From NCBI GenBank assembly GCA_049999805.1, contig JBNGIO010006043.1, positions 1 to 40,917 on the forward strand: a stretch of 40,917 bases of DNA, read 5' to 3'. The notes under the pieces are model-generated. The model had not been told where the DNA came from, ran no database searches, and worked only from the letters and a program-made list of their open reading frames with translations. The position numbers and the translations under genes are program-made. Of the stretch, positions 21,334 through 32,643 are shown piece after piece. The stretch comes from Folioceros fuciformis (lineage: Eukaryota). Numbering within the stretch: position 1 is the stretch's first letter; each line of letters begins with the position of its first letter.

Positions 21334-24246
21334 ATGGCCACAGTCTGGCAACCGGATTCGTTGTGGACTCAACAGAATCGTGGTGTGTGTACAAGGATTC
21401 TGCCAACAGCTCGGGCTCCCGCTCACTTCAATTCATGGAATGAAGCCCAGGCAAACAAGCAAGCGTCCAGGTGCAGTAGTTCGAGGAGCCCAGCACTTGT
21501 CATTCCGAGGAAATGTGTGGGTGGAGACGGATTATCCATGGATGGTCGTCGCCAGGAGCAGGAGCACTTGTGGCAACAGTTCTTTCTGGAGCCTACCATG
21601 TGGTGGGACAGCAGACGAGATAAGAAGAGCTCACATGCGCCTGACTTCCGGCGGAAGGGGTCAGGGGAGGTCCTGTGGTTAAATAGCATCCTCAAACCAG
21701 CTTGGGTGGATGAGCAGCTCGTGTGTTTGGATGAGCAGATGGGTCATGGTGCCTCTGCTGTCAAGTCCAGCTCTCCGGATAAGCCTGAACCCAGTGGCAG
21801 GAGTGCAGGATCGGTGACGCCTGGATCAGTGAGTATGTTATGTCAGCAGGGAAAGCTTTCTGAGGCTGTCGTAGCCCTGGAGTGTTTGGGGGAGACAATG
21901 TCTGCCATTTCTCCGTCTCTCTTTTCCACTGTGCTGAAGCTGTGTGCGGCTAAGAAGGATCTCGTTGTTGGGCGACGAGTTCATGAGCTGACGGTCAAAC
22001 TGGGGTACGATTCGAATGCGTACTTGGGGAAGCATATCTTGCGCATGTACGCATGTGGGGGTAGGCTAGAGGAGGCCATGAATGTGTTCACCAGGGTGAT
22101 CAAACCAGACGCCTTCATGTGGTCTTCCATAATCTCTGCACATGCTAAGCAGGGGAAACCTAAGGAGGCCATACAACTGTACCATGAGATGGGTGGGTCG
22201 GGAGTGAAGGCGGATGCCCACGTCTTTGTAGCTGTCCTTCAAGCTTGTGCATTCGCTAGCGACTTGGAATCTGGTAGAAAAGTGCACTGGGATGTGTTGC
22301 ACAGTGGCATTCCTCTGAACTTGTTTGTTGGCACCTCCCTGGTGGGAATGTATGCAAAATGTGGTGCACTGGAGGATGCTCGAAGGGTTTTTGACAACTT
22401 GGCCACCAAAGATGTGGTGACATGGACGGCTCTGCTTGGGGGCTATGCCGATCGTGGCTTCAGCCAAGAGGCTCTTGTTCTGTATGGACAAATGGAGGAG
22501 GAGGGCCTCATTGTGGCTGACCGTGTTACTTTTTCTTGTCTTCTGAAGGCATGTACACGCGCTGGCGACGTACTGAAGGGCAGGCAGTTGCACTCACAGA
22601 TAATGAAAGGGGTGCTGCTGCATGACACCGTGTTGGGCAACAGCCTGGTGGACATGTATGTAAAATGTGGTGAACTGAAAGATGCACATCAGGTTTTCGA
22701 CAGCTTGGCCACAAAAGATGTGGTGACATGGACGACCCTTATTGCTGGGTATGCACAGCAAGGTCTTGGCCAAGAGGCAATTGGTCTGTATGGGGAAATG
22801 CAGGAGGAAGGCCTGATTGTGGCTGACCATGTCACTTTTGCGTGCCTTCTGAAGGCCTGTACGAGCGCTGGTGCCTTGCAGAAGGGCGAGGAGCTATATT
22901 CACAGATTGTGGAAAGAGGACTCTTAGATTATCCCCTGGTGGGCAACTGTCTGGTGGACATGTATGCAAAATGTGGTGAACTAGAGGGTGCACGCCGGGT
23001 TTTTGACAGCCTGGCCACGAAGGATGTGGTGACATGGACCACGCTGATTGCTGGGTATGCAAATCATGGGCTTGGCCAAGAAGCAATCGTTCTGTCTGCA
23101 CAGATGGAGCAGGAGGGCCTGATTGTGGCTGACCATGTTACTTTGGCTTGCCTTCTGAAGGCCTGTGCAAGCACCGGGGCCTTACAGAAGGGCAGGCAGC
23201 TGCACTCACAGGTTGTGGAAAGAAAATTGCTAGATAACGTACTTGTGGGCAACTCCCTGGTGGACATGTATGCCAAATGTGGTGAACTGGAAGATGCACG
23301 CCGGGTTTTTGACAGGTTGGTCACCAAGGACGTGGTGACTTGGACCGCCCTGATATCTGCGTACGGTACTTGTGATGACGGTCACAGTGCACTGGCTTGT
23401 TTTGATGAAATGTTGCTTGCCGGTATTCAGCCTGATGGTGCTACATTATCTTGCCTTCTGGCAGCCTGCAGTCACGAGGGGCTTGTCCACGAGGGTCGCA
23501 AGCACTTCGATTCCATGGCTGAACAGCATGGTATCAAACCCACGGTTGAGCATTACAGTTGCATGATTGATCTCCTTGGGCGTGCGGGCTATCTAGATGA
23601 GGCAGAGAACATGCTGTTATCATGTGAAAGCCAAAGCAATGTCGTGGGGTTGACATCGTTGTTGAACGCCTGCAAAAGTCACGGGGATATTGAGAGGGCC
23701 ACGCGGTGCTTTGAAACTCTGCTCAAACTAGAGCCTCAGAGTGCTTCCGCATATGTGCTCATGGCCAATGCCTACGCAGACGCAGGTAGATGGAGCGATG
23801 TGGACAGGATCGAAACCCTGAGACTGGCCGCAGGAGCTAACAAGAAACCTGCCATGGCAACCATCGAGGTGAACACGCAAGTACATAGATTTGTGGTGGG
23901 AGAAAAAAGAGAGGATATTGCACTTCAAGTAGAGAGCACGAATGCTCGGTTGAAGCAGGAGGGCGGCCACGCCCCTCACACAAACTTGGTGTTGAAGCCA
24001 GTGTGCGAGAAGGAAAAGGAAGATGCGCTTTGCGGGCATGCTGAGAAGCTAGCTCTTGCATTTGGTCTCTTGAACACTCCGAGCGGGACACCCCTGGTGG
24101 TAACCAAGAATCTCCGCATGTGCAGTGACTGCCACAGTTCCACGGAGGTCATGTCAAGGCTCGAACGGAGACACATTGTTGTAAGGGATGGGTACCGCGT
24201 TCATCGATTTGCGGATGGATCTTGCAGTTGTAAGGGTCGACCTTGA
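21334..24246 (+). CDS. PLS-class PPR protein with E1/E2 and a DYW:KP (GRP-terminating) deaminase-like domain and an N-terminal PDF motif; candidate organellar U-to-C RNA editing factor
   Basis: Intronless 970-aa ORF with P-L-S triplets and P2-L2-S2-E1-E2. KPAMATIE replaces the PG box; HAEKLA; CSDCH; C-terminus CSCKGRP. Ser/Arg-rich N-terminus is compatible with a transit peptide. Confidence 0.95.
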   Translation: MATVWQPDSLWTQQNRGVCTRILPTARAPAHFNSWNEAQANKQASRCSSSRSPALVIPRKCVGGDGLSMDGRRQEQEHLWQQFFLEPTMWWDSRRDKKSSHAPDFRRKGSGEVLWLNSILKPAWVDEQLVCLDEQMGHGASAVKSSSPDKPEPSGRSAGSVTPGSVSMLCQQGKLSEAVVALECLGETMSAISPSLFSTVLKLCAAKKDLVVGRRVHELTVKLGYDSNAYLGKHILRMYACGGRLEEAMNVFTRVIKPDAFMWSSIISAHAKQGKPKEAIQLYHEMGGSGVKADAHVFVAVLQACAFASDLESGRKVHWDVLHSGIPLNLFVGTSLVGMYAKCGALEDARRVFDNLATKDVVTWTALLGGYADRGFSQEALVLYGQMEEEGLIVADRVTFSCLLKACTRAGDVLKGRQLHSQIMKGVLLHDTVLGNSLVDMYVKCGELKDAHQVFDSLATKDVVTWTTLIAGYAQQGLGQEAIGLYGEMQEEGLIVADHVTFACLLKACTSAGALQKGEELYSQIVERGLLDYPLVGNCLVDMYAKCGELEGARRVFDSLATKDVVTWTTLIAGYANHGLGQEAIVLSAQMEQEGLIVADHVTLACLLKACASTGALQKGRQLHSQVVERKLLDNVLVGNSLVDMYAKCGELEDARRVFDRLVTKDVVTWTALISAYGTCDDGHSALACFDEMLLAGIQPDGATLSCLLAACSHEGLVHEGRKHFDSMAEQHGIKPTVEHYSCMIDLLGRAGYLDEAENMLLSCESQSNVVGLTSLLNACKSHGDIERATRCFETLLKLEPQSASAYVLMANAYADAGRWSDVDRIETLRLAAGANKKPAMATIEVNTQVHRFVVGEKREDIALQVESTNARLKQEGGHAPHTNLVLKPVCEKEKEDALCGHAEKLALAFGLLNTPSGTPLVVTKNLRMCSDCHSSTEVMSRLERRHIVVRDGYRVHRFADGSCSCKGRP
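22321..23350 (+). repeat. 306-bp tandem repeat (S-P-L triplet, ~3.3 copies) within the PPR gene
   Basis: S motifs start at 22321, 22627, 22933 and 23239, exactly 306 bp apart, with near-identical DNA (e.g. atgtatgcaaaatgtggtg, gatgtggtgacatggac). Confidence 0.92.
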
Positions 24247-25412
24247 GGGTGATAATGACCAAGACCTCGCCTCACCTTCGGTAGCGGACATGCATCTTTC
24301 GCTTTATCCCCTCTGAAGCTGCAGCATCACCAAAGAAGCAACACCAGGGGGGGCGGGGGGGGCCGCGGAGAGGGGGCTGTTGTCAGCCACATTTAGGGTA
24401 TCTCGCAAGAAGCGGGAGGAAGACGTGTTTCAGATTGTTAATCGCAGGGGCTGCTTGCGGGTCTCAGGCAGGAGCCATTTGAAGGAACTCCCTCTTTTGC
24501 CGAGACTTCCACCATGAAGCCAGATGTTTGCAGTTCTGAATCCAGCAAGGGTTTGCCGGGAGATGCCGGTGCTGCAAGCTGCATGTCGGCCTGTTCAGAA
24601 GAGCCGAATTGGATGACATGCATTGTCCTAGAGGTGAGTGTATTGGACAAGCTGGCCCTTTGCACGATCCACATTCGGTGGCTACCTGGGTCTCCGTGTT
24701 GCTTCTTGCGGTGAGGCGTGGACAGGACTTGCAGCCAGTCCTGCACCGTCCTTGTAACTTGACATAACGAGTCCCCCCCTGTCCAAGGTGTCCGTTATCC
24801 CGTAACTTGACTATTCATGACAAATTCCCCTTCTGCACTCCCACCATCGTAAACCGTTCCCTGTCACTGGCGCGTTACTGTACATGAATGACAGCCCCTT
24901 TTGCCTGTCCTGTTACAGGACAGTGAGAGATGAATGCAGGGCGCATTGGGCAACGCGCCCGCGATACGATTGAATACCATGTCCATGGAGTAAAATTTGA
25001 ATCTATGATTATATTTCTGCTGGAAATCTGGGCAATATGCATATATACATATGTATACATATGCTCAATGAAGCTGAAGACTTGAAGGATGGGCATGGAA
25101 GAGCCTTGAGAGGGATCTTATATTTTCTATATATAGATAACTCGTGTAACGGGAAGGTGTGAATCGTTTGGGAAGCCTCCTCAGTTGGCTGTCCGTCTGA
25201 GAGGCGTGTAGAGTATAGAGGAGCTGAAGGTGTGTAGTAGGCTGAGGACTTGGCATGCCTGACACCATGCTCCTTCAATTCAGGCCCCAGCAGGCGATGC
25301 GTCGAGTGAAGTGAAGGGGAGTAGATGTAGCTGTTGCTGCTGCTGCTCTCATTACCACGCGATTTCTGCTGGATATGGGAGCAAGTGGAGCCCGGTGAGT
25401 GAGCAGGCCGCC

Positions 25413-28400
25413 ATGAGGTACTCGGACGGGCCCAATACCAGGCAGAATGGGAAGAAACAACGGTGCGATCCGGTGCAGGAGACTCTCAGGTGATAATCTC
25501 TGACGCGAGACTCTGCAGGTGTGTGGCTGTGCTGCCTGCTGCTTGCTCGGGGGACTGGGGGAGTGGTGACACGGCTCTCAGGCAACCCTAAACCGGGCTC
25601 ACACTGCTAGGGGGCCCGGGTGGTTGAGATTAGACGGGAGATTGTGGGTGGGAATGCGTGTTAGAATGGTCTTTGGCTCGGAAGAGGGGGCTTTAGCATT
25701 AGAATGCGGGAATTCGGCTTTGTGATTGGATGGGAGGGGCTTGTGCCTGTTAGTCTGCTGCATTGCTGTAGAGTCCAGCTGGTTGCGTGCTGAATCCGGA
25801 GAATCCGGGTGACTGATGGATAGTCATGCTTTTGTGTCGCGGTGCTTGGCAACAGGAAGATCGATCGGACGAAGGAAATTGGTCAGGATGATATTGGCCA
25901 GCTGTACAATCTGGACAAGCCTTACTGTAGTGGTTGTAGGACGAATTCCAAAGACTCGCCGAATTGCTTCTGCGGGTTAGTCCCTACCAGCGGCGTGCGC
26001 AAGCAAGGTCTTTGGCAGAAGGCTAGCGAGATGATGGCAGATCTTGGTCCTGATCCGAGTGAGAGGATGCGGCCGGATGGTAGCTCTCCTTCGGGGTTGA
26101 CAAACTTGGGAGCGACCTGTTACGTGAATAGCGTCTTGCAATGTCTGTACATGAACCGGGCGTTTCGGTATGGCGTGTTGTCGGCTGAGCCTGAATTGGT
26201 TGAACGGCAACCTGTGCTATACCAGCTTTGCCGGCTTTTCGCATTGCTTCACTGTGGGAAGAGAAATGCCGTCGACTCAGCTGCATTTGCTAGCACCTTG
26301 GAGCTCGACAATGCTATCCAACAGGATGGCCAAGAGTTCATGAAGTTGCTGCTTTCTCTGCTGGAAAGGGTTCTCAGCCAATCCAGAAATCGACATGCAC
26401 AAAACGTGGTTCAAAATGTTTTTCGGGGGACATTCTCATATGTCACCAAGTAAGCTGCTGCTGCTACCACAGCTTGTGCTGCCACCGCCGTTGACTTTCA
26501 AAAGCTGCTTGATATGTTTTCGAGATTGCGACTAGCTTGTAACAAATATTGGTGTTTGACTTTCGATCTGCCCATGTCGTCCTTGCAGGTGTGCAAGATG
26601 CCGACAGGACTCTGATGCCTCTAAGCAGTTGGTGGATTTTTATGAGCTGGAATTGAATGTAAAAGGATTTTCTAGCTTGGAGGAGAGCATGGAGGATTAT
26701 TTCAGTGAAGAGAAGCTGCAAGGGGAAAATCAATACTTGTGTGAGCTTTGCAAAGTCCGTGTTGATGCCACTCACTACACGCAACTACGGTCTCTGCCAC
26801 CCGTGTTGAATTTCCATCTGAAGAGATTTGTTTTCAACTCCAAGGTTTTGTATCAGGCTTTCCTCTTGAAGTGGACGCAGTGCTGGGTTTCGAATCACAG
26901 TGTCCTGAATCTGACAGGGTGCTTTTGCAACTGAACTGTGTTGCAGACGGCAACAAAGAAGAAGGTGACTTCCAAGTTCAGCTTTCCAAGGACTCTGGAC
27001 ATGGCACCCCGACTCTGTGGTTCAGGGGTTGCTGGCTCTGGGGCCGGAGGAAGACGGTCTTTGTACACACTGTCTGCAATTCTGGTGCACAGAGGGAATA
27101 TGGCAAACAGTGGCCACTATGTTGCACATGTGAAAGATGAGTGCACCGGACAATGGTGGCAGCTTGATGACGAAGACGTCACAAGTCTGGGATACCACCC
27201 ACTTGGAGAGGTGCCAACTGGAATGGCTCGGAAAAGGGACGTGGAAGGGAAAGATGGAGAGAGGTCTTCAAGGAATTTGGATGGCCCTGGGGATGGAAAT
27301 GCATCCTCTGTGGATCAAGATGTGCTCACATCCGCTGATGCATACATGCTCATGTACAGTAGTGTAGATCAGCCGAGCAACAGCCATGGTGCAGTTCTGG
27401 AATCCTTGCCAGAGCAGCTACAACGTGAAGCGGATCAAATAAATGAAGAATTTTGTAGATCTTGTGATGAGTACAATGTGAAGAAGGAGTATGTTATGCA
27501 TGAAATTGCCAATCGCAAGGCAGAAGTGAGGGACACACTTGCTGAGGTGCAGGTTAAAGAACAAGAACTGACGTTTCATTGGATTTCAGCTGACTGGCTC
27601 CGGAATTGGGCAGACAACTTGCAACCACCGTAAGTAGACAAATGAGACCCTTGTCTGCGATTTGATTACACTATCTTGCAACTCTGACAGTTGGGAATGC
27701 TGTACTTGTGCAGTACCTGCAAGTCTAGGGCTCTGGGGTTTGCAGCTTGCATTGTCTGTGTTTGTTGCCGTGCGTCAAGCTGAAGGATACAACACATTGT
27801 CAGAATCATTTGATCCCTGACAACAGTGGGGATCCTGGATCTAAGCAATTGCTGGAAATGGTTGCAGACCTCCCATTGATAATCATCAACTTCTTTGTCA
27901 TCATGAGAAGGTCCCGCCAAAGAAGCTGCCACTCATGAAGCGTCTCTCTGTGATGGCTTGGAAGCTTTTAGAAAGTAAGGTGTGTGATTCACATCATGTT
28001 CTTCTTGCCTGCCGTAGTTGTGGTGCTTGTCAAGCCTTCAGTTCTCACGGCCTTACTGGATTTCAATCCAGAAGATGATGCATTTACCGAGTCAGGAAAT
28101 CTGCGAATAGTTGCCAACAGAACCAGGGGGTATGTTGCCCATGGATCTTTTCAAAGGAGTTGCTTCTTTGATGAAAACAGCGGAGGGACTGCTGCATAAC
28201 CTTCATGTCCTTGCCTGCTGCATCTGCTGTTTGTTGCGTTGAAGTATGGATCTGGACGTCTAATCCACGTTATTTGAGAAAAAATCTTCTGAACCTTGCA
28301 GTTCTCAATGGACCACTCAACTCGGTGAAGCTTGTCATTTTTAGTTTCTCAACGGTGTCTTTTGCTGTTTTACCCAGTATGGTGGAGGTCCCGCACTTTC

Positions 28401-30954
28401 AAGTAAAGACTTTTGTGCGTCGTGTATATTTGAGGAGGCAAAACTATCAGCACATGCAGATAGCTTTCGAGATCAAAGAGCTGCAATGAGGGAACTAGCA
28501 GACGCTGTATGTCGGAGACCAACAAGTGATGGCGATCAGTACTATGTCTCAAGACCCTGGTGGGTAGAACAGTTTTCCCTGAAGACGGGGTTTTTTTTTT
28601 TTTTTTCACTTATGTCCTTTCAGTCATAACCAAGTCTGGGTGCTGGTGCAGGTTTCTGCAGTGGCACCGCCGCAAGCCGGCAGATGCCCCAATCGAGGCA
28701 GATGCCACCCCTACAGCTGCTCTGAGATGTCAACATGGCCAACTGCTACCTGAAGATGCACCGAGTGCAAAGCGCCAGGCAGTGCCAGAGGTTCTTTGGC
28801 AATACTTTCGTCAAACTGCTGCACTAGTTGAAGGAGCAGATCCTGTTGGTTATCAGGCATTTGAAAGAGATTCCGACACTTGTCCCGTCTGCGACATCCA
28901 GAGGAAACTGGTGGCTTCGAAGCAGGAAGGCCTGAGGTATGTATGTGCACAGGTTTTGGGTAAACATCTGGAGAGTTGGGTCATGTCTATGCTGGTATTT
29001 GCTGGTATTGTGCTGGGTTGTCTCTGCTTTTGAAGGTAGTGTCTGCTTTTATCTGATCAGGGCAAACAAACTCGAGCAAAGGCAAAAACATGATGCACTT
29101 TACATGGGAAAGAGTCCGGTTTTAGTGCCTGGTGTGACATATTATCTCGTGCCAACAAATTGGATACTCCAGTGGCGTACCTATCTTGGAGCAAGTGGCA
29201 AAAATGTGTTGACAGTTGATGAGCCGAATGGACTAGAAGCCATGATTTTGTCTCTCATATGCCCTATGGTGATTTTCTTTTCGTCTGCTAGTATTCACAC
29301 ATTGGGTATCAGCTTTTGTAACTTATGACTAATTTCTTTTCTTGTGTTTCTGGCAGCATGACCGTCTGATTCACAAGCCACCTCTCTTATGTAGAACACG
29401 GAAAGGGGAACTTGTGCAGCGGACCTCTAATGTATGAGTCGTCTCTACCATTTACCAGTTATTTTCTTTTCTGATTCTGGAGCTCTCGTTCTTTGTTGGG
29501 CCATGCATCTAACAGCATGCCTTGTCTACAGGAGGACAATTTTACTGTTGTAACAGAGGCTGATTGGCATTACTTGCAACAAGAGTGGTGTGTGGATCCT
29601 GGAAGGGGTATCAAGGCAACTGTTTTAGAAGCAAATCCATTGGGGGAAGGTAGTAGTGGGATCATTGAGCGAACTGGAAGCAAGTCTAGCAAGTCTCAAA
29701 CAACGGCTCCCACAGATGATCCAGAAATCTGTGCTGCAAAAATGGATCTTGATGATGTGGAGTACCGGCAATCTCCAGTTGTCCCCATCTTGGTCACCCA
29801 TCCAGAGGTTTGTTTCCCAGCTGCATTTTTCCAAGTATTTTTTATCGTTGTCACAATCTGAGGTTGGTAATGTGTGACAGGTCTGCAGGTTGTGTGCTGA
29901 AGATATGGAGAGCCTTGAGCTAATGAGCAAGTTGAATTATTCACATGGGACCATAACCGTAGATCTTGTGAGAGGGAAAGAACCTCCACCTTCCGTCCTT
30001 GCTGCATCAGGTCCTGGGCCCGAAATAGATCGGCGGACATCTAAGCGTCCAAGGCGTGGCTCTGCAAGCACCAGTGGCCGAGTTTCTCTGACTGTTTCAT
30101 CAGAGACCACCATCTACCAACTGAAGCTCCAAATCTGGGAGGCACTTTCGGTAAGCCATATGCGCTTTGGTGCTGAGAAATGAGGCCTCAATTTGGATTG
30201 GAAGATGTTCTGTGTACGGTGTCCTGAATTTGTGTCCCTGTTCTATGTGAGAAGGTTGCGATTAAGAATCAACGATTACATTTTGGGAAAGAGGAGCTGA
30301 CAAAAGAGTCTGCTACCCTGGCAGACGTTAACATACTAGATGGGTCACATTTGTGGGTTATGGACACTGGCGAGTATGAAAACCTGGATATTGCAGGTAG
30401 TGCTCTCAATTCTGGAGTACAAGCTATGGAAGTTGTGTGGTGGTTCTGTGTTCTAATGAATTATTACTTGCGCAGAGGAATTACCAGACATGGAGTTCTC
30501 GCAGCCTACTGGTGTGGAGGAAGGCTTTAGGGGAACGCGTCTGTTGATGGGGGGCTTATCCAGTCTGGTGGAAGCCACACATGGTCAGTATGACGCAATC
30601 CCAACTGATTTGGAAAAGCTAGACGCTGCGACTAATACTCTGCCTGAGCCGTTGCATCAATTGCCTTCTAATACTACTGAAATGGCTAGCAACTTGGAGT
30701 ATGTTGACGAGACGAAGCATGGTTTACAGGATAGAATTTCCGACTCTCTTGATGGCTTTCGTGTTGAGTTGCGAATTGTGGAGGAAACAGACGGTTTGCA
30801 GTCTGCACAGGCGTGCCCAACTGTTGACGTTGACATGGATGATTCTTTGGAAGATTGCACTGCCTCCTCCAAATCCTGTAAATCATCTGACACTGACAGG
30901 TCCGATCCATTATCACGGGTAGTAAATATGAAGGAAAGTTTTGTTCGAACTTGA
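25413..30954 (+). CDS. UBP26: Ubiquitin carboxyl-terminal hydrolase 26 (USP48-like; UCH + DUSP domains + ubiquitin-like domain), multi-exon
   Basis: N-terminus [21 protein letters not shown]...[23 protein letters not shown]; Cys box [25 protein letters not shown]; His box [30 protein letters not shown]-like exons; [21 protein letters not shown]. Confidence 0.95.
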
Positions 30955-31265
30955 GGAGATGCGCATTCTTTTTGTATGGGGCTCTTGTTCCCACTCCCTG
31001 CAGTCTCTGGTTGGAGGTTCTCCAGATCAAGCCGGAGACGAGGGAAGGGCTCTCTCTATTGCAGTAATGTTGTACAGATCAATTGAAGTATTTCCTTTGC
31101 ATCCCAGGAATGCTGTGTAGTGGCAAGGGACTATGTGCTCTAAAGGCATAGGATCATACTCAACATCCAACGGCAGACTACAAATGAAAAGTTGTCTGTC
31201 ACATGATTATCTACAAGAAAAGATCCGTCAATTCCAAGAAATGAATGGCTTGGAATAGTAATGCT

Positions 31266-32226
31266 CTACTTCTTCTTCTGTGCCTTGTGTACCCTCTTCC
31301 ACTCTTCGGGACTATCGATGACTTCTCCTGTCTTTAGGAGGTAACGTACTCGCTTACCGTTGTCTAACAATTTGTGGCCAACCCTGCTTGCCACTTTAGC
31401 AGTTTTCGAGTAGAGCATAACATTCGAACTGTGAACTGGAGCTTCAACCTGGAGAAAGTTTAGAACAAAATCAGCAAACTCACACAACCACACTAGCCGA
31501 TCGAAATTGTCATAATTGAAACAGCGATCGAAAAACGTACCTGAACGATCTGTCCAGTTTCCCCCTCAGCCTTTGGCTTCACATGCTTCGTCTTCAGGTT
31601 GACATCCTTCACTATGACCTTGCTGTTATGCCGGAAAACTCGACTGATTTCACCGATTTTGCCCTTCTCTGCCCCGGCGATAATCTTCACAGTGTCTCCC
31701 ACTTTCACATGTAACTTCTTCAAAACGGGCAAACTGTTGGGCTTCACCTCCTTCCTTTCCCAGCGCTTAATCTGCAGGAGCAGGTCATTGTTTGTCCAGT
31801 CACCTGGTCTGATCCATGACACTGGACTGACGAAATCAACGCGGCATTGAGTCCCCGCTCGCTGACACAGTTGCTGCGCACTTGTCATCCAGAGCCACAG
31901 CTTTACTGATCACTCACTCACCTCCATGGTAATGACGGACGGTCTCCTCAATGGAACCCCCTGCAGATTTTATCCATTAAAGGCCAGTGTTAGCTGATTC
32001 TGAACGACTCCAGGCGAACATGCCAGCGGCTACCGTGAACGGCATGGACGAGGTCGCTGTAATAGAGATCATCCAGAGACCACTTGCTTTGCCACAAGCT
32101 TGAAATGCCACACACCAGAGACAGGGAGTGCGGTTGAGGAGCGCCGACTCCCATGAGGGAGCTGGAGGAGAAACCCCCGATAGCCAATGCTCCCATAGCC
32201 GATTGCAAGCTGAGAACGGCCGCCAT
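31266..32226 (-). CDS. RPL24: Plastid 50S ribosomal protein L24 (nuclear-encoded, 4 exons)
   Basis: Transit peptide [16 protein letters not shown]...; [39 protein letters not shown] (KOW); [14 protein letters not shown]...ASRVGHK....[15 protein letters not shown]. Confidence 0.95.
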
Positions 32227-32304
32227 CGCGTCCTCCCGTTCCTTGGTCGCGGAATGCCAGTATCGCAGAAAGGATAATGGAAAGAGTTTTGTTTTGATAG
32301 GGTC

Positions 32305-32312
32305 TAGGGTTT
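32305..32312 (-). promoter_or_regulatory. Telo-box (AAACCCTA) upstream of RPL24
   Basis: Plus strand tagggttt ~80 bp upstream of the RPL24 ATG; telo-boxes are common near plant ribosomal-protein gene starts. Confidence 0.45.
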
Positions 32313-32643
32313 TACTTGACGTAACGGAACTGGCTGAAATGGTTAATCACAAATTTAGTGTCACGGCATACAGTACAGTATGTCGCTGTAGCCCCAGATA
32401 ACTTCAGCACGGAACGGGGCCATCGATTACAACTCTTATGCTTGTGGGCGTTCTCAGGAACACGTCCTCCCTTGGAAGAAGAGCCATAAGTCTGTTGTGC
32501 TGCTTTTGACCTGTGAATACGGGAGAAGGAGCTTACAAGCGCTGTCACCTTCAGCAAGGCGTGCAAGATGTTCAAAAACCAGTGAGGATTTGGATTTGGA
32601 ATTGGTGGGTGGGATTAGTGAGCAATTCGCCTAATAATTGGAG

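Noticed and set aside
22321-23350. Regularly spaced repeats as an array or mobile element
   Set aside because: Fully explained as in-frame PLS PPR motifs.
24400-25400. Short ORFs between the PPR gene and UBP26 (e.g. 24438..24746)
   Set aside because: Mostly non-ATG starts with no recognisable domain; treated as intergenic.
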